From Azolla caroliniana (Eukaryota > Plantae > Polypodiophyta), in assembly GCA_043228905.1 (NCBI GenBank), contig JBHGNT010000006.1:17112001-17176000 (forward strand): a stretch of 64,000 nt of DNA, given 5' to 3'. The position numbers were made by a program, and so were the translations under genes. The notes under the pieces were generated by a model. It had not been told where the DNA came from. It ran no database searches and saw nothing but the letters and a program-made list of their open reading frames with translations. Shown here piece after piece: positions 37,101 through 50,570 of the stretch (position 1 is the stretch's first letter; the number at the start of each line of letters is the position of its first letter).

Positions 37101-39228
37101 CGAGCGCGATGGCAAACAAAGTTTTATCAACCGGGCCTCGACTACGTCAACTACACGGATGCAGGTGAACCAAGCATGTATGAAGAAGCTATGGCCGCAC
37201 CGGATGCCAAAACATGGCTACAAGCCATGAAATCCGAAATGAACTCGATTCATCAGAATCAGACATGGGACCTGGTCGAACTACTAGCAAGACAAAAGCA
37301 GCTACCTTGCAAGTGGGTATTCCGATACAAATATGTGTCTTATTCAGAGAAACCCAGGTATAAAGCTCAACTTGTTACGAAAGGGTTCAAACAAGAGCAT
37401 GGGGTCGACTACGACAAGATATTTTCACCAATAGTCAAGATGACCACCCTCTGACTCCTACTAGGAGTTGTGGCGACAGAGGACCTAGAGCTAGAGCTAA
37501 TGGATGTAAAGACGACGTTCCTACATGGAGATCTGGAAGAAGACATATACATGTCTCGGCTAGCAGGCTTCACGGTGACGGGGGAGAACAGTGAGGATTC
37601 TTGTATGTCGACTGAAGAAAAGTCTCTATGGCTTAAAACAAGCATCGAGGATGTGGTACCATAAGTCAGACTCCTACATACGGCAGCTTGGATACAACAT
37701 ATCAGACTCCGACCCATGCATGTATGCTCGACAACTGGCCGACAAGTCCAGGATCTATCTGATCCTATATGTCGACGACATATTGATTGCAGGAAGCAAT
37801 CAGGCAGAGATTGGTAAGTTGAAGCGGAGCCTTCATGCAAAATTCGCAATGAAGGAACTAGGACAAGCTCGACACATATTGGGCATGAGGATAGAGCAAA
37901 ATCGGACGACCAAGACTCTTCGACTCTCCCAATCCAATTACATCCGCAAAGTGCTGAAGCGCTTCAACATGGAGAATGTGAAGCCAGCACCGACACCACT
38001 TCCGACGTTGATCAGACTATCGGACAGAGATTCTCCTTCGACGGACAAGGAGAGAGAGCTAAATGGAAAGATACCCTATGCATCGGCAGTAGGAAGTATC
38101 ATGTACGCAATGGTGGCGACCCGACCCGACCTAGAGTATGTTGTAGGGGTGGTTAGCCAGTACATGTCAAACCCAGGAAAGAAACATTGGGAGGTCGCCA
38201 AGCACATCCTTAGGTATCTGAAAGGAACCACGGATGCACAACTAACTTTCGGACTGATAAACTCAGTCGAAGTCGAAGACTATACCGATTCCAACTACGT
38301 TGGAAATACATACAATCGGAAATCGACATCAGGATACATCTTCACCTATGGTGGCGGTGCAATATCATGGAGGTCGAAACTTCAAGAGTGCACAGCTTTG
38401 TCTACTACAAATGCCAAGTACATAGCAACATCGAAAGCAGCGAAAGAAGCGATCTGGCTACACCGATTGATTGCCGATTTTGGAACTACAAGCGGAATTG
38501 ACCGATCAGCGCCAACCATCCATTGCGACTCACAGAGCACAATACACCTCATCAACAATACTGTCTACCATGCGAAGACGAAGCATATTGAGGTGCGGTA
38601 TCATCATATTCGGGAGCTCATAACAGAGAAGAAGCTCGAAGTCCGGAAGATTGACACTGAGATGAATATCGTTGATTGCCTGACGAAGCCACTTCTAGAT
38701 GAACGGTTTGGAGCACTGAGGACGAAGATGGGACTACGACAAGCGACAGAGCAGAAGAAAACCAAATGAGAAGCAGAAGGTAAGAGTTGATCGATAATCA
38801 TACCATACCTCTGCTGACTCGGCTACTTGCCGACAAACTTGTAACATAAAATCTAGTTAAATTTGTAGTCTAGGTTTACGGGGGAGACCACCCCAAACAT
38901 TTGTCATTGTACAGAAGAGTAGTCCTTTTACGGGGGAGTTTGTTGGCATAAAATGCCAACTCCTTCCACTTTGTATCTGTCCTAGTGTGAACACGTTAAC
39001 AAGTTAGGGCTTAGTATATAAACGAATACCTAACATTGTAATGGATGACGAGTGTAATTCTTCGAGAAAAGAAAAGAAAAACAATGTGCAGAAACAAGAA
39101 GCTTTCCATTAAAGCTTGTATCTATGTAAGTCTAAATCTGCCCTTTCGACTTTCTGTTTACATTGTTTGTTGTTCATAGCCAAACAATCCGAACAAACAG
39201 TTCCGCATAAACACAAGCACTCTCAACA
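34149..39228 (+). mobile_element. Full-length degenerate Copia F
   Basis: LTRs 34149-34438 and 38941-39228, TSD CCTTG/CTTTG, Met PBS 34441-34452, PPT GGGGGAG. Confidence 0.93.
34540..38769 (+). pseudogene. Element F gag-pol
   Basis: KFDGKNFALWK, WLLDFGATFH, LVHTDICAP, YVDD, KHIEVRYH. Many stops. Confidence 0.92.
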
Positions 39229-39233
39229 CTTTG

Positions 39234-39466
39234 CTCTCTTCATTGAAGTTGTTGTGCAGGCTCATGTCGATGAAGCACCGGATGTATGCCGTCGTCTTCA
39301 TGTCCATCACCTCCCACACAGTGATGTCGATCTTATACGGTCTCTTGTCCCCGAACGGAACTGGCAACCAAAGATCTTTAACCACCAGCATATCCCTCAT
39401 CTTCGACTTCCGCACTGAGTAGTTGGAGCCGGTGAGCTTGAACATGCCACCGAACGATTCTTCCAT
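39234..39466 (-). pseudogene. A2 gag N-terminus
   Basis: MEESFGGMFKLTGSNYS..KMRDML. Confidence 0.85.
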
Positions 39467-39495
39467 TTCCTATGTTGTTTGCTCTGATTCTAGTT

Positions 39496-40101
39496 TGAAG
39501 AGAATAGCACAGAATATTGCTCGGCCACAACTGAGTCTTGAATCACTTCTATGAGAATGAAACACAGAAAGGAGAAATAGAGAGTGAACGCACGTACACA
39601 CACACAACGATAGAGAGTACACAGGATGTTTATGTGGAAAACCCTGAATGGGAAAAAACCATGGGAGCCCACAGACTCCAACTATCACTATGAGGAAAAT
39701 GGGTACAATCAGATACTCAGAGGCAACTACCTCGAGCTCTGTATCTTCGCCAACCGGCGGTTACAACAGAGTATCGCTCTGTATCTCGCTCTCTCTCTCC
39801 CTATACAACAGTTATATCAACAACAATATGACAACAACTACGTATTGCGATTGTCCTAGGTCATATTTATACTGATATGAGCTTAGGTCTATTTACAAAT
39901 GTAGCCTCAATAGGCTTATTGAAAACATATTTACAAATATGTCTTCTATTTTGGTTCTCACCGGGTCCATCTGATCCGGGTTCCGAATCTCTTCCGCTTC
40001 TCACCGGGTCCACCCGATCCAGTTTCCGGATCTCTTTCGGTTCTCACCGGGTCCTCGTCATTTATAACCGGATCCCATCCGGAGGGAACGATTTCCCAAC
40101 A
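39496..40101 (-). repeat. A2 5' LTR
   Basis: Homologous to 1975-2580, with a PBS adjacent at 39481-39492. Confidence 0.92.
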
Positions 40102-40106
40102 CTCCC

Positions 40107-42150
40107 CCCGACTTGTCCCGGTTTTTGGGACTCCGATACCGGCCTCTTCTCCGGTTGTGGTCATCTTCTGGGACCAAGGCCTTCGGATCGGTTCTGGACT
40201 CCAGGTCCTTCCGGCGAACTTCTTCATCTAGCAAGCTTGACTTGACTCCTTCTTGGGACAATTGTTTTCCTTCCGGCCCAACGTTGCCCAATGTGACAAA
40301 TAGCATCTCCCAACTATCTGGGAGGAAACCGAGTAGGAGTAATGCGAGTACCTCATCGGTAAGAGGTACTTCCAGCGAGGTTTCCTGGTGTATTAGTCCC
40401 TGGAAGGCATTCATGTGCTCCATCATACTAGAGTCATCCTGGCACTGGAGCCTCACTAACTTTCGGAATACCAAAACCCGATTAACAACATTCTTGTTCT
40501 GGAACATGATGCCGATCTTCTCCTAGAGTTTATGAGCCTTGCTCTCTTCATTGAAGTTGTTGTACAGGCTCATGTCGATGAAGCACCAGTTGTATGCTGT
40601 CATCTTCATGTGCATCACCTCCCATGTTGCGGCATCGATATTATCCAGTTTCTTATCCCCGAACTATATTATCCCGAAAATACGACGAGGATATGTGAAC
40701 GTTGAGGCAAGACCCCGGGGCCTTTGACTAGAGGATATCAAATTCGTGTATTTATATACTAAGAATTAACCGAAATGAGAAAGATTAATCAATTTCATTA
40801 ACAAGTAGAAAGAAAGATTACAATTAATCCCAAGATTGGGATTACAAAAAGTTTGCTAATGGAGATGGCTAGAGTAATAGATTAGAGGAAGTTAATATAT
40901 GAATTCTATAGAAAATTAGGGTTTTTGGCTTTGATAAGAGATTATGGTTTTATGAGTTGAATAGCTTCCGTATGGAAATTTAGGGTTATGAGTAAGATAT
41001 GGCTTCCATAAGGAAATTAGGGTTTTACTTGAGAGATATGGCTTCAATAAGATAGGGGAGCTCTGAAGGAAAAGAAAAACAATATAATATATATAGAGAG
41101 CCTGAGTGTAGGAAAAAAAAATGGAATTTTATATGGAGTTCTCCCTTGATCATCTGCATGTCCACTTTTTGTTGCATGGCCTCTACTTTTAGTTGCTTAG
41201 CTTTTTCTTTTAGTTGCATCTATTTTTAGTTGCATGGCTTTTTCGTTTAGTTGCATGTGACCGTCCACATGACCTTTACTTTTTGCATGCACTCCAACTT
41301 TAGTTGCTTGCGTCCACATGGCCTTTACTTTAGTTCTCTTCACTTTAATTTAGTTTGTTGCATGATCCAATCTTCCGTCCGTCCGCGTCCAACCTCGTCC
41401 GGTAGCCAGTTCCGCCCGATCACCAAATCCCTCGCCGGCCGGTTCCAGTTTGCTTGCCGGTTCCGGTTTTGCTTACCGGCCGGTTTCCGGTTTTGCTTGC
41501 CGACCGGTTCCGGTTCCGGTTTGCTTGCAGGTTCTGGTTTTGCTTGCCGGCCGGTTCCGGTTCTGGTTTGCTTGCCGGTTCCAATTTCGGTTGGCTTGCT
41601 GGTTCCGGTTCCAGTTTTGCTTACCGGCCGGTTTTTGGATTTTGGGAACTTGGCCACCATCATCCATCAAGACAAAGTGGCCAAAGTGCTCTTAGCAGAA
41701 ATGAAAAATGAGGGAGCTCAAGGTGCTTATATAGCCAGGGCCCTAACTTTCCTATCTATGTGGGATAGTTCTAATTTCCCTATCTTCTCAAACTTCATTT
41801 TCACATAACTTGATATGTATTTCTCCATTTTGTATATAGTAAAATACGTTTTGAAGCTCTTGAGTATATCCATCTTTCTATAGTAAGCTACTAATATAAT
41901 CTATAATAATTATTTCATTATTTTTTATTTATTTATTTTAACATAGTGTGTGAAGATTCACACGACACCAGTAACCAAAGATCGACTTCCACAATGAGTA
42001 GTTGGAGACGGTGATCTTGAACATGCCGCCAAACGACTAATCCATTTGCTGTGTTGTTCACTTTGATACCAGTTTGTAGAGAATACCGCGGAATATTGCT
42101 CGGCCACAACTGAGTCTTGAATCACATCAATGAGAATGAAACACAGAAAT
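40107..42150 (-). mobile_element. Copia A1 5' part: gag, Met PBS (42061-42071) and the start of the 5' LTR (42075-42150)
   Basis: gag ..RDKSG joins the GTRSNSRG-zinc knuckle at 1974; TGGTATCAAAG PBS; the LTR is cut at 42151 by element G. Confidence 0.82.
40667..41967 (-). mobile_element. Old solo LTR related to the P-type LTRs, left end eroded
   Basis: Ends CATAGTGTG..CACGACA like the P LTR and interrupts A1 gag. Contains tandem repeats TTTAGTTGCATG (about 41170-41360) and GCTTGCCGGTTCCGGTT (about 41440-41635). No clean TSD. Confidence 0.65.
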
Positions 42151-42613
42151 TGTTAATCCTAGGGCCGGACAACAGCCTGACACAGGGTGTCCACTTAAGA
42201 CACTTCACCAAAGGGTGTTACGGCAGAATGACTTATGGCACAACGTTTAATTAGACCTTAATCGATTACTTAGCAACACATCATTAACACGCGCAAGATA
42301 TAACAATAAGCACAGAACGGTAATCAACACTAAAAGATTAAGGCAATAAATTCTATTAATTATCCACTTTTGATTACATTGTAACCGGGCCTTTATATAG
42401 GTCTCCGATGCAAAATACAAAACGGTGCCAACCGGCACCTTTTCGGGATCAGTCCGGATCCGGATCGGCATACCGATTCCGGTCCGTCCGTCCACATCTT
42501 CTCATATATTACTATATATTTTAAGACTACTAATTACAACAGTTCCCGAATAAACTATTCCTTTCACACTCTGGTTTGGACCTCCTTAAGCCTTCTTGCC
42601 AACCGGTAACACA

Positions 42614-42652
42614 TGGCACGCCCGTGGGACAGTACCTTGTACGTCGAACCCA
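42614..42652 (-). other. tRNA-3'-end-like motif at the PPT position of element G
   Basis: Minus strand TGGGTTCGACGTACAAGGTACTGTCCCACGGGCGTGCCA ends 2 nt before the 3' LTR. Confidence 0.8.
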
Positions 42653-42728
42653 TTATCCGGCCCTTTTACGCTTCGTCCAAAATGTCCAGAATGCTTTGCT
42701 CCAAAATTTCCAATGGCTCGTCGGGAAA

Positions 42729-45519
42729 CTATTGTTGGTGTTGTGGCTGCTGTTCCGTTTGTGGTTGTGGCTGCTCCGTTTGTGCCTTCTCCGTTTGGGG
42801 TTGCGGCTCCGTTTGTCGATCTGGCACCTGCGTTTCCTTCGTTGGTTCCTCCGTCGGAGTTGTCTCTGCTTCACTGACCCCGGCCCGGTCCCCGTCTGGT
42901 CCTAGTACCGGCGACGGTTCCTCATCACTAAGGTTGACCATTGCCGCCTTTCGCGCTTTTTCTTCCCGAAGCCGGGACTCCTCATAGCTCTCAAACTGGA
43001 TTTGAGCCTCCAGCCAATCGTCGTCCAGTTGAGCTACGAGTTGTCGGACCTGCACTAATTGTTTATCCGCCAGGGCTGTGAAATCTTCAGCCAACTCATC
43101 CCTTATGGCGGTGAAGTCCTCTGATCTCAGCGTATAACAGTCGTCACCCTCCTTCTGCCGGCTTTCCACGTCCGCCCTGAGCAATTGGAGTTCCGCCGTA
43201 TTCTGGGCCCATTTCGTCCACCAACGCATAGAGTTGTTGTCAATCAAGCTTTTAGTCTTAGTGAGCCATTACCGGAGGATGCATTGGATCCGTTCGGCTC
43301 CCATCCGTGATTTATTTTCTGCGGCTTGTCGCTCCTCTTTCAATTGCTTGATGATTCGGACCGTGTTCGCCTCCTGCTCCCTATAATGCGACAATTGACT
43401 TTGATAGGTTGTTTGCAACCTCTGTAACACCATTGTCGCCCTTTCTTTTTCTTCATGGTTCTGCTTGTGGAGCTCCATCCAATCCATCGCCGCTTCCTCC
43501 AATAGCTTGGAACTCTCAGCTCGTTCTTCGGTGAGTGCCGTTGTGGCCCTATCAACTTCTTGCCGGAGCTCGGCCATCCGTTCCTGTTGTTGCTTATACT
43601 CCGTCTCCAGCTGCTTGTAGTCCCGATGCAGATGATCAAAATCATCGGTCTTCGGCTTCAGCCTTTGGTTGATCTGCCAGCGCGCGCGGTCCTCCCGGTC
43701 CTTCTGTTGACGGAGCTCTTCCTTTAGCCTCTCGATTTCCGTCTCCACCATTCGTCGCAACTTGTCTTTTTCCTACAACAATTTCTCTTTTTCCTCCTTC
43801 AGTCGGTCGTAAGCATGATGTCCTTTACGCAGGTTTTCCTCTGCCCGACGGAGGTTCTCAGCAGTCTTCTTTAATTCTTCTTCGGCCGCCTTCTTCAAGT
43901 CACGTTCGCGGCTCCGTAATGCTTCTTGTGTGGCAAGTTCATCTTGTAATTCCACAAGCTCTTGGGCTTGCGCCGCATCTTTCTCCGGGACAGTTTGTGT
44001 CTCCGGGGTCTTATTCCTCTGTACATCAACCGGAGTCACCGGTGCTTGGATCTACGTTGCGGTTAGGGCCATTTTGGCCATGTCTCCTGTGATCCGGTCC
44101 AAGTCTTGTTCGAGGCACCGGATCCTTGACGGGGCCGTCTCCAGTTCATCGGTTGTGACGAGCAACCGTTCCGTTTGCGCTCTTTCTTCCGCCTCTATGC
44201 ATCCGACTACTCCGGCAATTTGTTCTCCTATCCACTAGAGCCATTGGCTGGTCCCGCCTTATTGCGTCGAGCTGCACTTCTGGTTCTACCAGCTAACCAC
44301 TTTGCTGTTCCGGCTCTGAGTGTGTTCCGGCTAGTCGCCCCTTGTCTGCTTGTTCTTGGCTGGTTGGGAAGTTTTGCCTTTGTATATCCGGCTCTTGAGT
44401 TACGGGGCTTGCCAGTGCTGCCTGTTGTGTAGGGACTTCTATGACCGGTTCCATCCGAACCGGTTACGGTGCCTCCCTTGGCGTGGAATGCTCAGTGTGA
44501 GTTGCGGGCGTTCCATCCTTTTGTGGGTCCGAACGCTTCCCGGCTGATTCAGCGGTTCTCTTCCCCGGCCGCCGATGGAGGTGCTCCAGGGGTTCTTCCT
44601 CCATTTCCTCCGCCTGAGTCCCGACATTCATTCTTGCCACCAAGGTGTCCGTTTCTTGCTGCACTGGTCGGTGGAGTGGGCTCTTGAGGGGCCGTGCCGG
44701 TGTCTCCTTGCTTGCATCCGTCGGCCGCTTTCGGCTAGCGCACTCCTTTGCCGCCTTCTCTGCGTCGGCCGTCTTCCCCTTAGTGGCCTTGGAGCCCAAC
44801 AACTGTTGCCGTTTCGAAGCAGGTTTTAGGGTGCCGTCCATTGCTCTCCCCCGCTTCTTGGTCTGGATGGGCTCGACCGGTGGCGCCAATAGGGTGAGCC
44901 ATTGCGTCACCGCATGCCATATTTTCTGGCCTTCCTTACCGTCCTTTCCTCTTACGATATCAATAGTCGTGCACAACCCGTCGGCAATCAGCACCGGCCA
45001 ATCCACCTTGACCCCTTCGTACGTTGCGATGATCAAGCTTGCTCGGTTTTGAGGCATGACGGGGGGTCGAGGGTACATGTGGCCAAAGTCATGGAGTACA
45101 CGGGCAATTTCGTGGAGTAACATGTCTTTGTCGCCCTGTGTCCTGTACCCCTTGCTGGCGAGAGAGTACTCACCGAAATATTTGATGAGCTGCTCGGAGG
45201 TCGGATTATCGATCGTGTAGATGCCTCCCTCCGGAAGGCCTGTTAACGCACGGATCGCCTCATCCGTGACCACCTCTGTGTCGATTTCTTTGATAATTTT
45301 TTCAGCCTCCTTGTGTGGCACCGCCTCCATGATCGTTAAGAAACCCTCCGGTCCATGCTGCCGTAGCCATTTCTTGGCGGCTTCAGACAGCGTTTGGCAG
45401 TCCATCTCTGCGTCGAGGTTGGAGAGCATTGGCGAGGTTTGGTGGTGGGGAGAGTGTGAGAGAGAAAGTTCTGAATGAGGGGGTTCTCTGTGTGCGAGCT
45501 CTCTGCGATTGATCTTCAC
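42729..45519 (-). pseudogene. Extra ORF of G: globular N-terminal domain, basic linker, long coiled coil
   Basis: ORFs 43773-44039, 43269-43760 and 42729-43247 share one frame separated by single stops. ORF 44464-45519 lies upstream in another frame. Confidence 0.7.
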
Positions 45520-46039
45520 GCGTCTGTCTGCGTTTGTTCTCCTTGGTACGCGATAGGAGAAGGTCTCGATGCGTGGGGGTTTTTCTCTCTACATCTTGGC
45601 ACCTTTTTCCAGCCTTTGCATGTGCAGATCGTGTACTATAATAGCATTGCGTGCCATGCGGCGGTGGTTTAATGTCCTATTCATAGCCCCTCGTACCTTT
45701 TCGACGTGCCTCTTTACTCGTTTGCATGGCCGTTTCCACCACTCCTTTTCATGATTTATTTGATTCCATTCGATTTGTTTTTTTTTTTTTTTTTTTTTTT
45801 GTAAAGTTAATTGTGAGGTTAATTTTTCTCCGGTCCTGTCAGACCCTTAGCCGAAACGCGCACCTTGCCGGCCTCTTGATAGTTTGCCGTCGCTTTGCTC
45901 TCCTTGGTTGCCGGCTCGTGCTCCTCCTTACCGGCTTGGTGGTAGCCGTTTTCCTCACAGGTTGCCATTGTGGTTGGCCTGCCGGCGTCCGATTCGACGT
46001 CGGCCCTTTATTCAAATGGGTTCTTTGGCATAGGTCCTT

Positions 46040-47019
46040 TGTATGGCTTTAGTCTAAATCCGTTGACCCATTTACTCAACACCTCGCCGGCAAGTGTCCC
46101 TAACTAGTAAGACCCATTGAACCCGCGTGTGATCCAGTACGGTCTGGTCCATCTAAACCGTAATTTGCCTGGCATTTTACCCATCCGGGTCTGGAACACT
46201 AGTACTGGCTTGCCGACTTCGAACATCGTTTCGTTTCCCTTCCGATGACGATCTACAAACGCTTTCCGTCTCCGTTGTTCCAATTCCAGGTGCATAATGC
46301 TCGCCAGTTCACATAGAGCCTTTAACCGAATTGCCTCCGATTCCTTTTCATTGAGTCGTTCCCGAATCTGAATCCGTAAGCTCGATATCTAGAATTCAAC
46401 CGGCATGATTGCCTCTAATCCGAATGCCAACTGGAACGGTGTTGTTCGGATGCTTGTTTTGTACGTTGTCCAGTAAGCCCAGAGCGCACTGTGCAGCTTC
46501 GTGTCCCAATCCGTCCTATTCTCATTGACGATCTTGCGCACGATATTCTGTAGCATTTTGTTTGTTGACTCCGCTAACCCGTTGGCTTGTGGGTAGTACG
46601 GGGTGCTCCGTTTATGTACTACCGCATAGAATGACGTCAAACTCTCCACTACTTGTCCAAGAAAGTGCCCTCCTTGGTCGCTTATCAGCTCTATGGGGCA
46701 TCCGTACCGGCACCAAATGCATTCGTATAAAAATTTTGCCGTTGACGCCGCGGTGTTATCTCGTAAGGCTTTGGCTTCCACCCATTTAGTGAAGTAGTCC
46801 GTCGCGATGATCACATACCGGTTGCTAGTTCTCATTGCCCCATTTCTGAAATGGTTCTAGCGGTAGTACTGGCTGGTGTAGCATCCTAGCTTGCTTCGTT
46901 GGCTGGCCCATTGGTTGGCATAGATCACACTCTTTCGCGTACCGGACTGCATCTTTCAATGTAGTCGGCCACTATAAAGAATCGGATATGGATTCTTGTG
47001 AAGCGGAATAGGTGTGAAC

Positions 47020-47058
<39 letters not shown>

Positions 47059-48395
47059 CAAAGTAAAAGTATATAGACAAAGGAGAAAGACTCAACATTT
47101 TACAAGGTGGGAGGAGGGTGCTTTATGTAGTCACCCTCTCTCTTCATTAACTACAAGGCTCATGGAGCATGGGGAATGTGAAAACTCATAAGTTATGTGT
47201 CATAGAATATGATTCTATGACTCATACTAAATGCTAGAATACAAAGTGGTGACATAATGGTGACTCTTGACCGTTGGAGTGTCTCTTCACTCTCAAGGTG
47301 AGTTCACACACTAGACCAAGTTGAGCTTGATTCTCAACAGCCACCATAGGCCACTTTGCCATATCGTCCTTACCATCGCATCCCTGGCATAATGACCTCC
47401 GGCGACTCCGTAGTGTGATTCCCATAGTATTACCTCTTCCTCGTCGCTGCGCACCGCTCGTCGCCATATACCGTCCACACCTTTCTGGTATAGCGTGTCC
47501 TGTAATAAATAGAAGTGTTGGCTCTGTACCGCCACGCGCTTCCTCTCATCCCGGTTCATCTCCTCCGGAGGCATATTCGTGCATATTCGTTAGCCACTTA
47601 TCTTCTGGTGCCACCGTTTCATATGTTGTCGTTTCCGCAGTGACTCGAAATAGCTCAGCATCTGGAAACTCGTCCGGTACTCCGTCGCCGGTTTCGCCGG
47701 AATCTAACTGGCTTAAATAATCTGCTACCGCATGCTGTATGCCGGGTCAATGGAATATCTCGAATTCGAATTCCTGTAATAGCAAAGTCCACCGGGTCAA
47801 CTTACCGGTAAGTGACACTTTGGACACTAGGTAGAGTAGTGCCGAGTGATCTACATGGAAGGAAAACTTTCTTCCCAATAAATAGTGCCTGAATTTTGTT
47901 ACGCTATAGATCATGCCTAAAGCTTCCCTTTTCGTGGTGGAATAGTTTCGTTCTGCTTGGGATAATTTCCGGCTTGCGTAATATACAGGCCGGTACCATC
48001 TTGGCTCCGTAAGTTGCATCAGCGCACTCCCGATTGCAATGTCGGACGCATCCACGAACACATGAAATTCCTTCGCCCAATCCGGGGGTTGCACTACCGG
48101 TGCTTGCTACAATAGAACTTTGAGTGCCTGGTATGCCGTATCTTCGGTGTCGGTCCACTGGAATGGTGTTCGGTGTACTGCAACATGTAGTGGTGTAGCT
48201 AGGTCCGCCAAATACCAGAGCATTCGGCTATGCCAACGGATTTGTCCTAAGAAACGGCTCAATGCCTTTGCCGTTGTTGGTGCCGGTGCCTCCAGGATTG
48301 CTTTTACTTTGTCCGGATCTATGAAAATGCCTTCCTTGCTCACAATATGCCCTAGTAGCGTTCCGCTGGACACACTCCAAATACACACTTCGCCC
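46040..48395 (-). pseudogene. pol: Element G pol remnant: RT C-terminus, RNase H, integrase
   Basis: LLGHIVS, FVDASD, ERNYSTT, TDYFTKWVEA, SDQG, YYPQANG. Confidence 0.9.
46973..47339 (-). mobile_element. Solo LTR of the TGTTGAGA..CAAGCTCAAC Copia group, inside G integrase
   Basis: Perfect TSD GCCAC/GCCAC. Removing it restores GLWWPTTLKD. Confidence 0.88.
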
Positions 48396-50570
48396 TAGTA
48401 ATTGCCGGACTGTTGGTGTCCACCACCGCCGGTCCCTCCTCCGGATTTGACAAGAATGTTGGAGCCGGTGGTGTACTGCCTGTCGTCATGCCGGGCTTGA
48501 GTCCTTCTGTGAATCTTGGTACTAGTTGCAAGAGTCGTCCTAATGGCAGCGTGATTTGGCATTCCTGCAATGCCTCCCATGTCGCGTTTTCGGACTGACT
48601 GCCGCCGGCGAGCTCTTCGTTGTTCTCCTTTTGCTGCGCAAGTTCTGCTACGTTTCGCTCATTTGCCTTTTTCACCCATTGCGTTGCCTGTTTCTGGATG
48701 GCCTCTTGTGTCTCCCATTCCGTCGTCTTGCCCTTCGACCTTGTGGTGACCTGTTGTAGGTCTGCGACTTCGGCGACTACCATGTTTACTGCCGGTCGCT
48801 TATCATAGCTCTTTGCCGGACATTGATTACTATAATGTCCTTCTTGCTAGCAATAATAGCAATATGCTTTCCGGGTATTGTTGGATTCGACATTGTTTCC
48901 TGTACCCGGTGGAGGACCTGTGGTAATCGTAGGGCTTTGGTCCAGTTGGCTACTTGAGGCGCCTTTTTCCGGTTCACGTGGGTGGCTCCCTTTTTTGAAA
49001 TGCCGTTTTTTATTAAAGTTTTTTTTGTTGCGGTACCCTTGACGGGGTTGGTCGTTATATCTCCCGTAATCTTCCCGTTGTTGGTGATACCCGGGGGAGT
49101 GATCCCGGTTGTGATTCTCGTACCGTCCATTGTAATCTCGGTACCTGTCATATCTCTTGTACCGGTCATAGTTGTCCCGCCTATCGTCGTACCGGACATC
49201 CTGTGCCGGTCGATATCGCTCCTCTCTCTGCCAACGTTTGTCTTCTTCGTCTCGGTTGCTACGTGGCTCGATTTGCCGGACTGGTGGTGCTTGCCGATTC
49301 AATAAGTTATATTCGCACCGATCCATCGTGTGGCTCGTAGAGTGGCAGAGTAAGTAGTGCGTCCGCATGGTGCACTCTAGTGACGAGTGTCCGGCGTTCA
49401 AGCATGTCGTGCATTGGATTGCTTGCCGGAAACGGAGATCCTCATCGGTTGGTAACGCTCGTTGGAGGGCTCCCATTGTTAGCCAAGAGCTCGTTTTTTC
49501 CATTTCTCTAGCCCGGTCGATGACCCGATCGACGGTGCTTGTGCGAAAGTCGATGACCGTGCATACCGTTCGTAGAGGTTCCCGAAGCGCGGCTAAAAAT
49601 ATAGCCCGTGTTTCTTCCTCTGGAGGTGCGTGGGTAAGCTGACTGTGCATCCGTTGAAACCGGATGACAAACTGCGGGATGCTCTCCACGGGGTCCTGCC
49701 GGATGGTATAAAATAAGCCCACCATTTCTCGTTGGTCCACCTCCTTCTGAAAGAAGTGCAAGAACTTGTCTTTCAGGTCCGCAAAGGTGGTGATGGTGCT
49801 GGGGTCCTGCGTCTGGTGCCATCTGGCGGCCGGTCCTTCCAATGTCACGCCGAATTCGGCTATCTTAGATCGTTCCTCTTTGGCCGCGGTTAACCATTGT
49901 GACACATGGTTCGCCTCCCATGTTTGTTGAAACGCGTGAACATGAGCCTCCGCATCCGGATCATCCCGATACTTGGAGTACTGGAACGGCATGTCGTCAT
50001 CCAGTGTCGGTACGCGGGCTGGCGGTGTCGATGGTCTTTCCTGCTATTCCCTCGGCGTCAGAGGTCTTTGTCGGTCTTCCCTTGGTGTTGCCGGCTCGAC
50101 TTCCGGTGTCGGAGGTCTTTCTTTGTCTTCTTCCGTCTTCGGAGGTTGCTCCACGTCTAGTGCCAGGGGTTCCCGGTCTGCCAACTCTGGTTCCGATGTT
50201 GGTACTGTATCCGACACCTTGTCCTCCGGTCCTCCTGGGGTGTCGTTACTGCTGCGATAGTTCGTGTGCGCGCTGTAACCCCCTTCCGAATCCGATTCCA
50301 GCGTTGAAAATGCTTTGGATTCGCCGTCTCTTCCGGCCAAGGCCTGGAGAAGGGATTCCGCTTCCCGGAGACTGCTTAAGCTGCTTCCTTCGTCCGGGTA
50401 GGCATTTTGTTGCAGACGCAGCGACTCCTCTGCCACTTTCCGGATCACTTTGGAAAATGATCGATCCGTTCGGATTTCTTCCGCTGCTTGCTAGAAAGCC
50501 TCTCGCCGCCTTCTCTGTTCAGCAAGTCTTCGTGCTCTCTCCGTAACCGGGTCGTCTGTTGGCCTAGTCA
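48396..50570 (-). pseudogene. gag: Element G gag
   Basis: AEAHVHAFQQTW, EFGVTLEGPAARW, IRQDPVES, CTTCLNAGH, CYYC. Confidence 0.85.

Larger units (their letters stand above)
1975..40101 (-). mobile_element. Copia A2 (Tnt1/Tto1-like), degenerate, expanded to 38 kb by nested insertions; inserted in gag of A1
   Basis: 3' LTR 1975-2580, PPT 2581-2590, 5' LTR 39496-40101, degenerate Met PBS 39481-39492. Flanks GTCCC/CTCCC. Coding pieces are collinear across the insertions. Confidence 0.85.

Noticed and set aside
42729-43760. Host myosin/SMC-like gene or retroviral env
   Set aside because: It lies between integrase and the 3' LTR in element sense with no introns, and I see no signal peptide or transmembrane segment.
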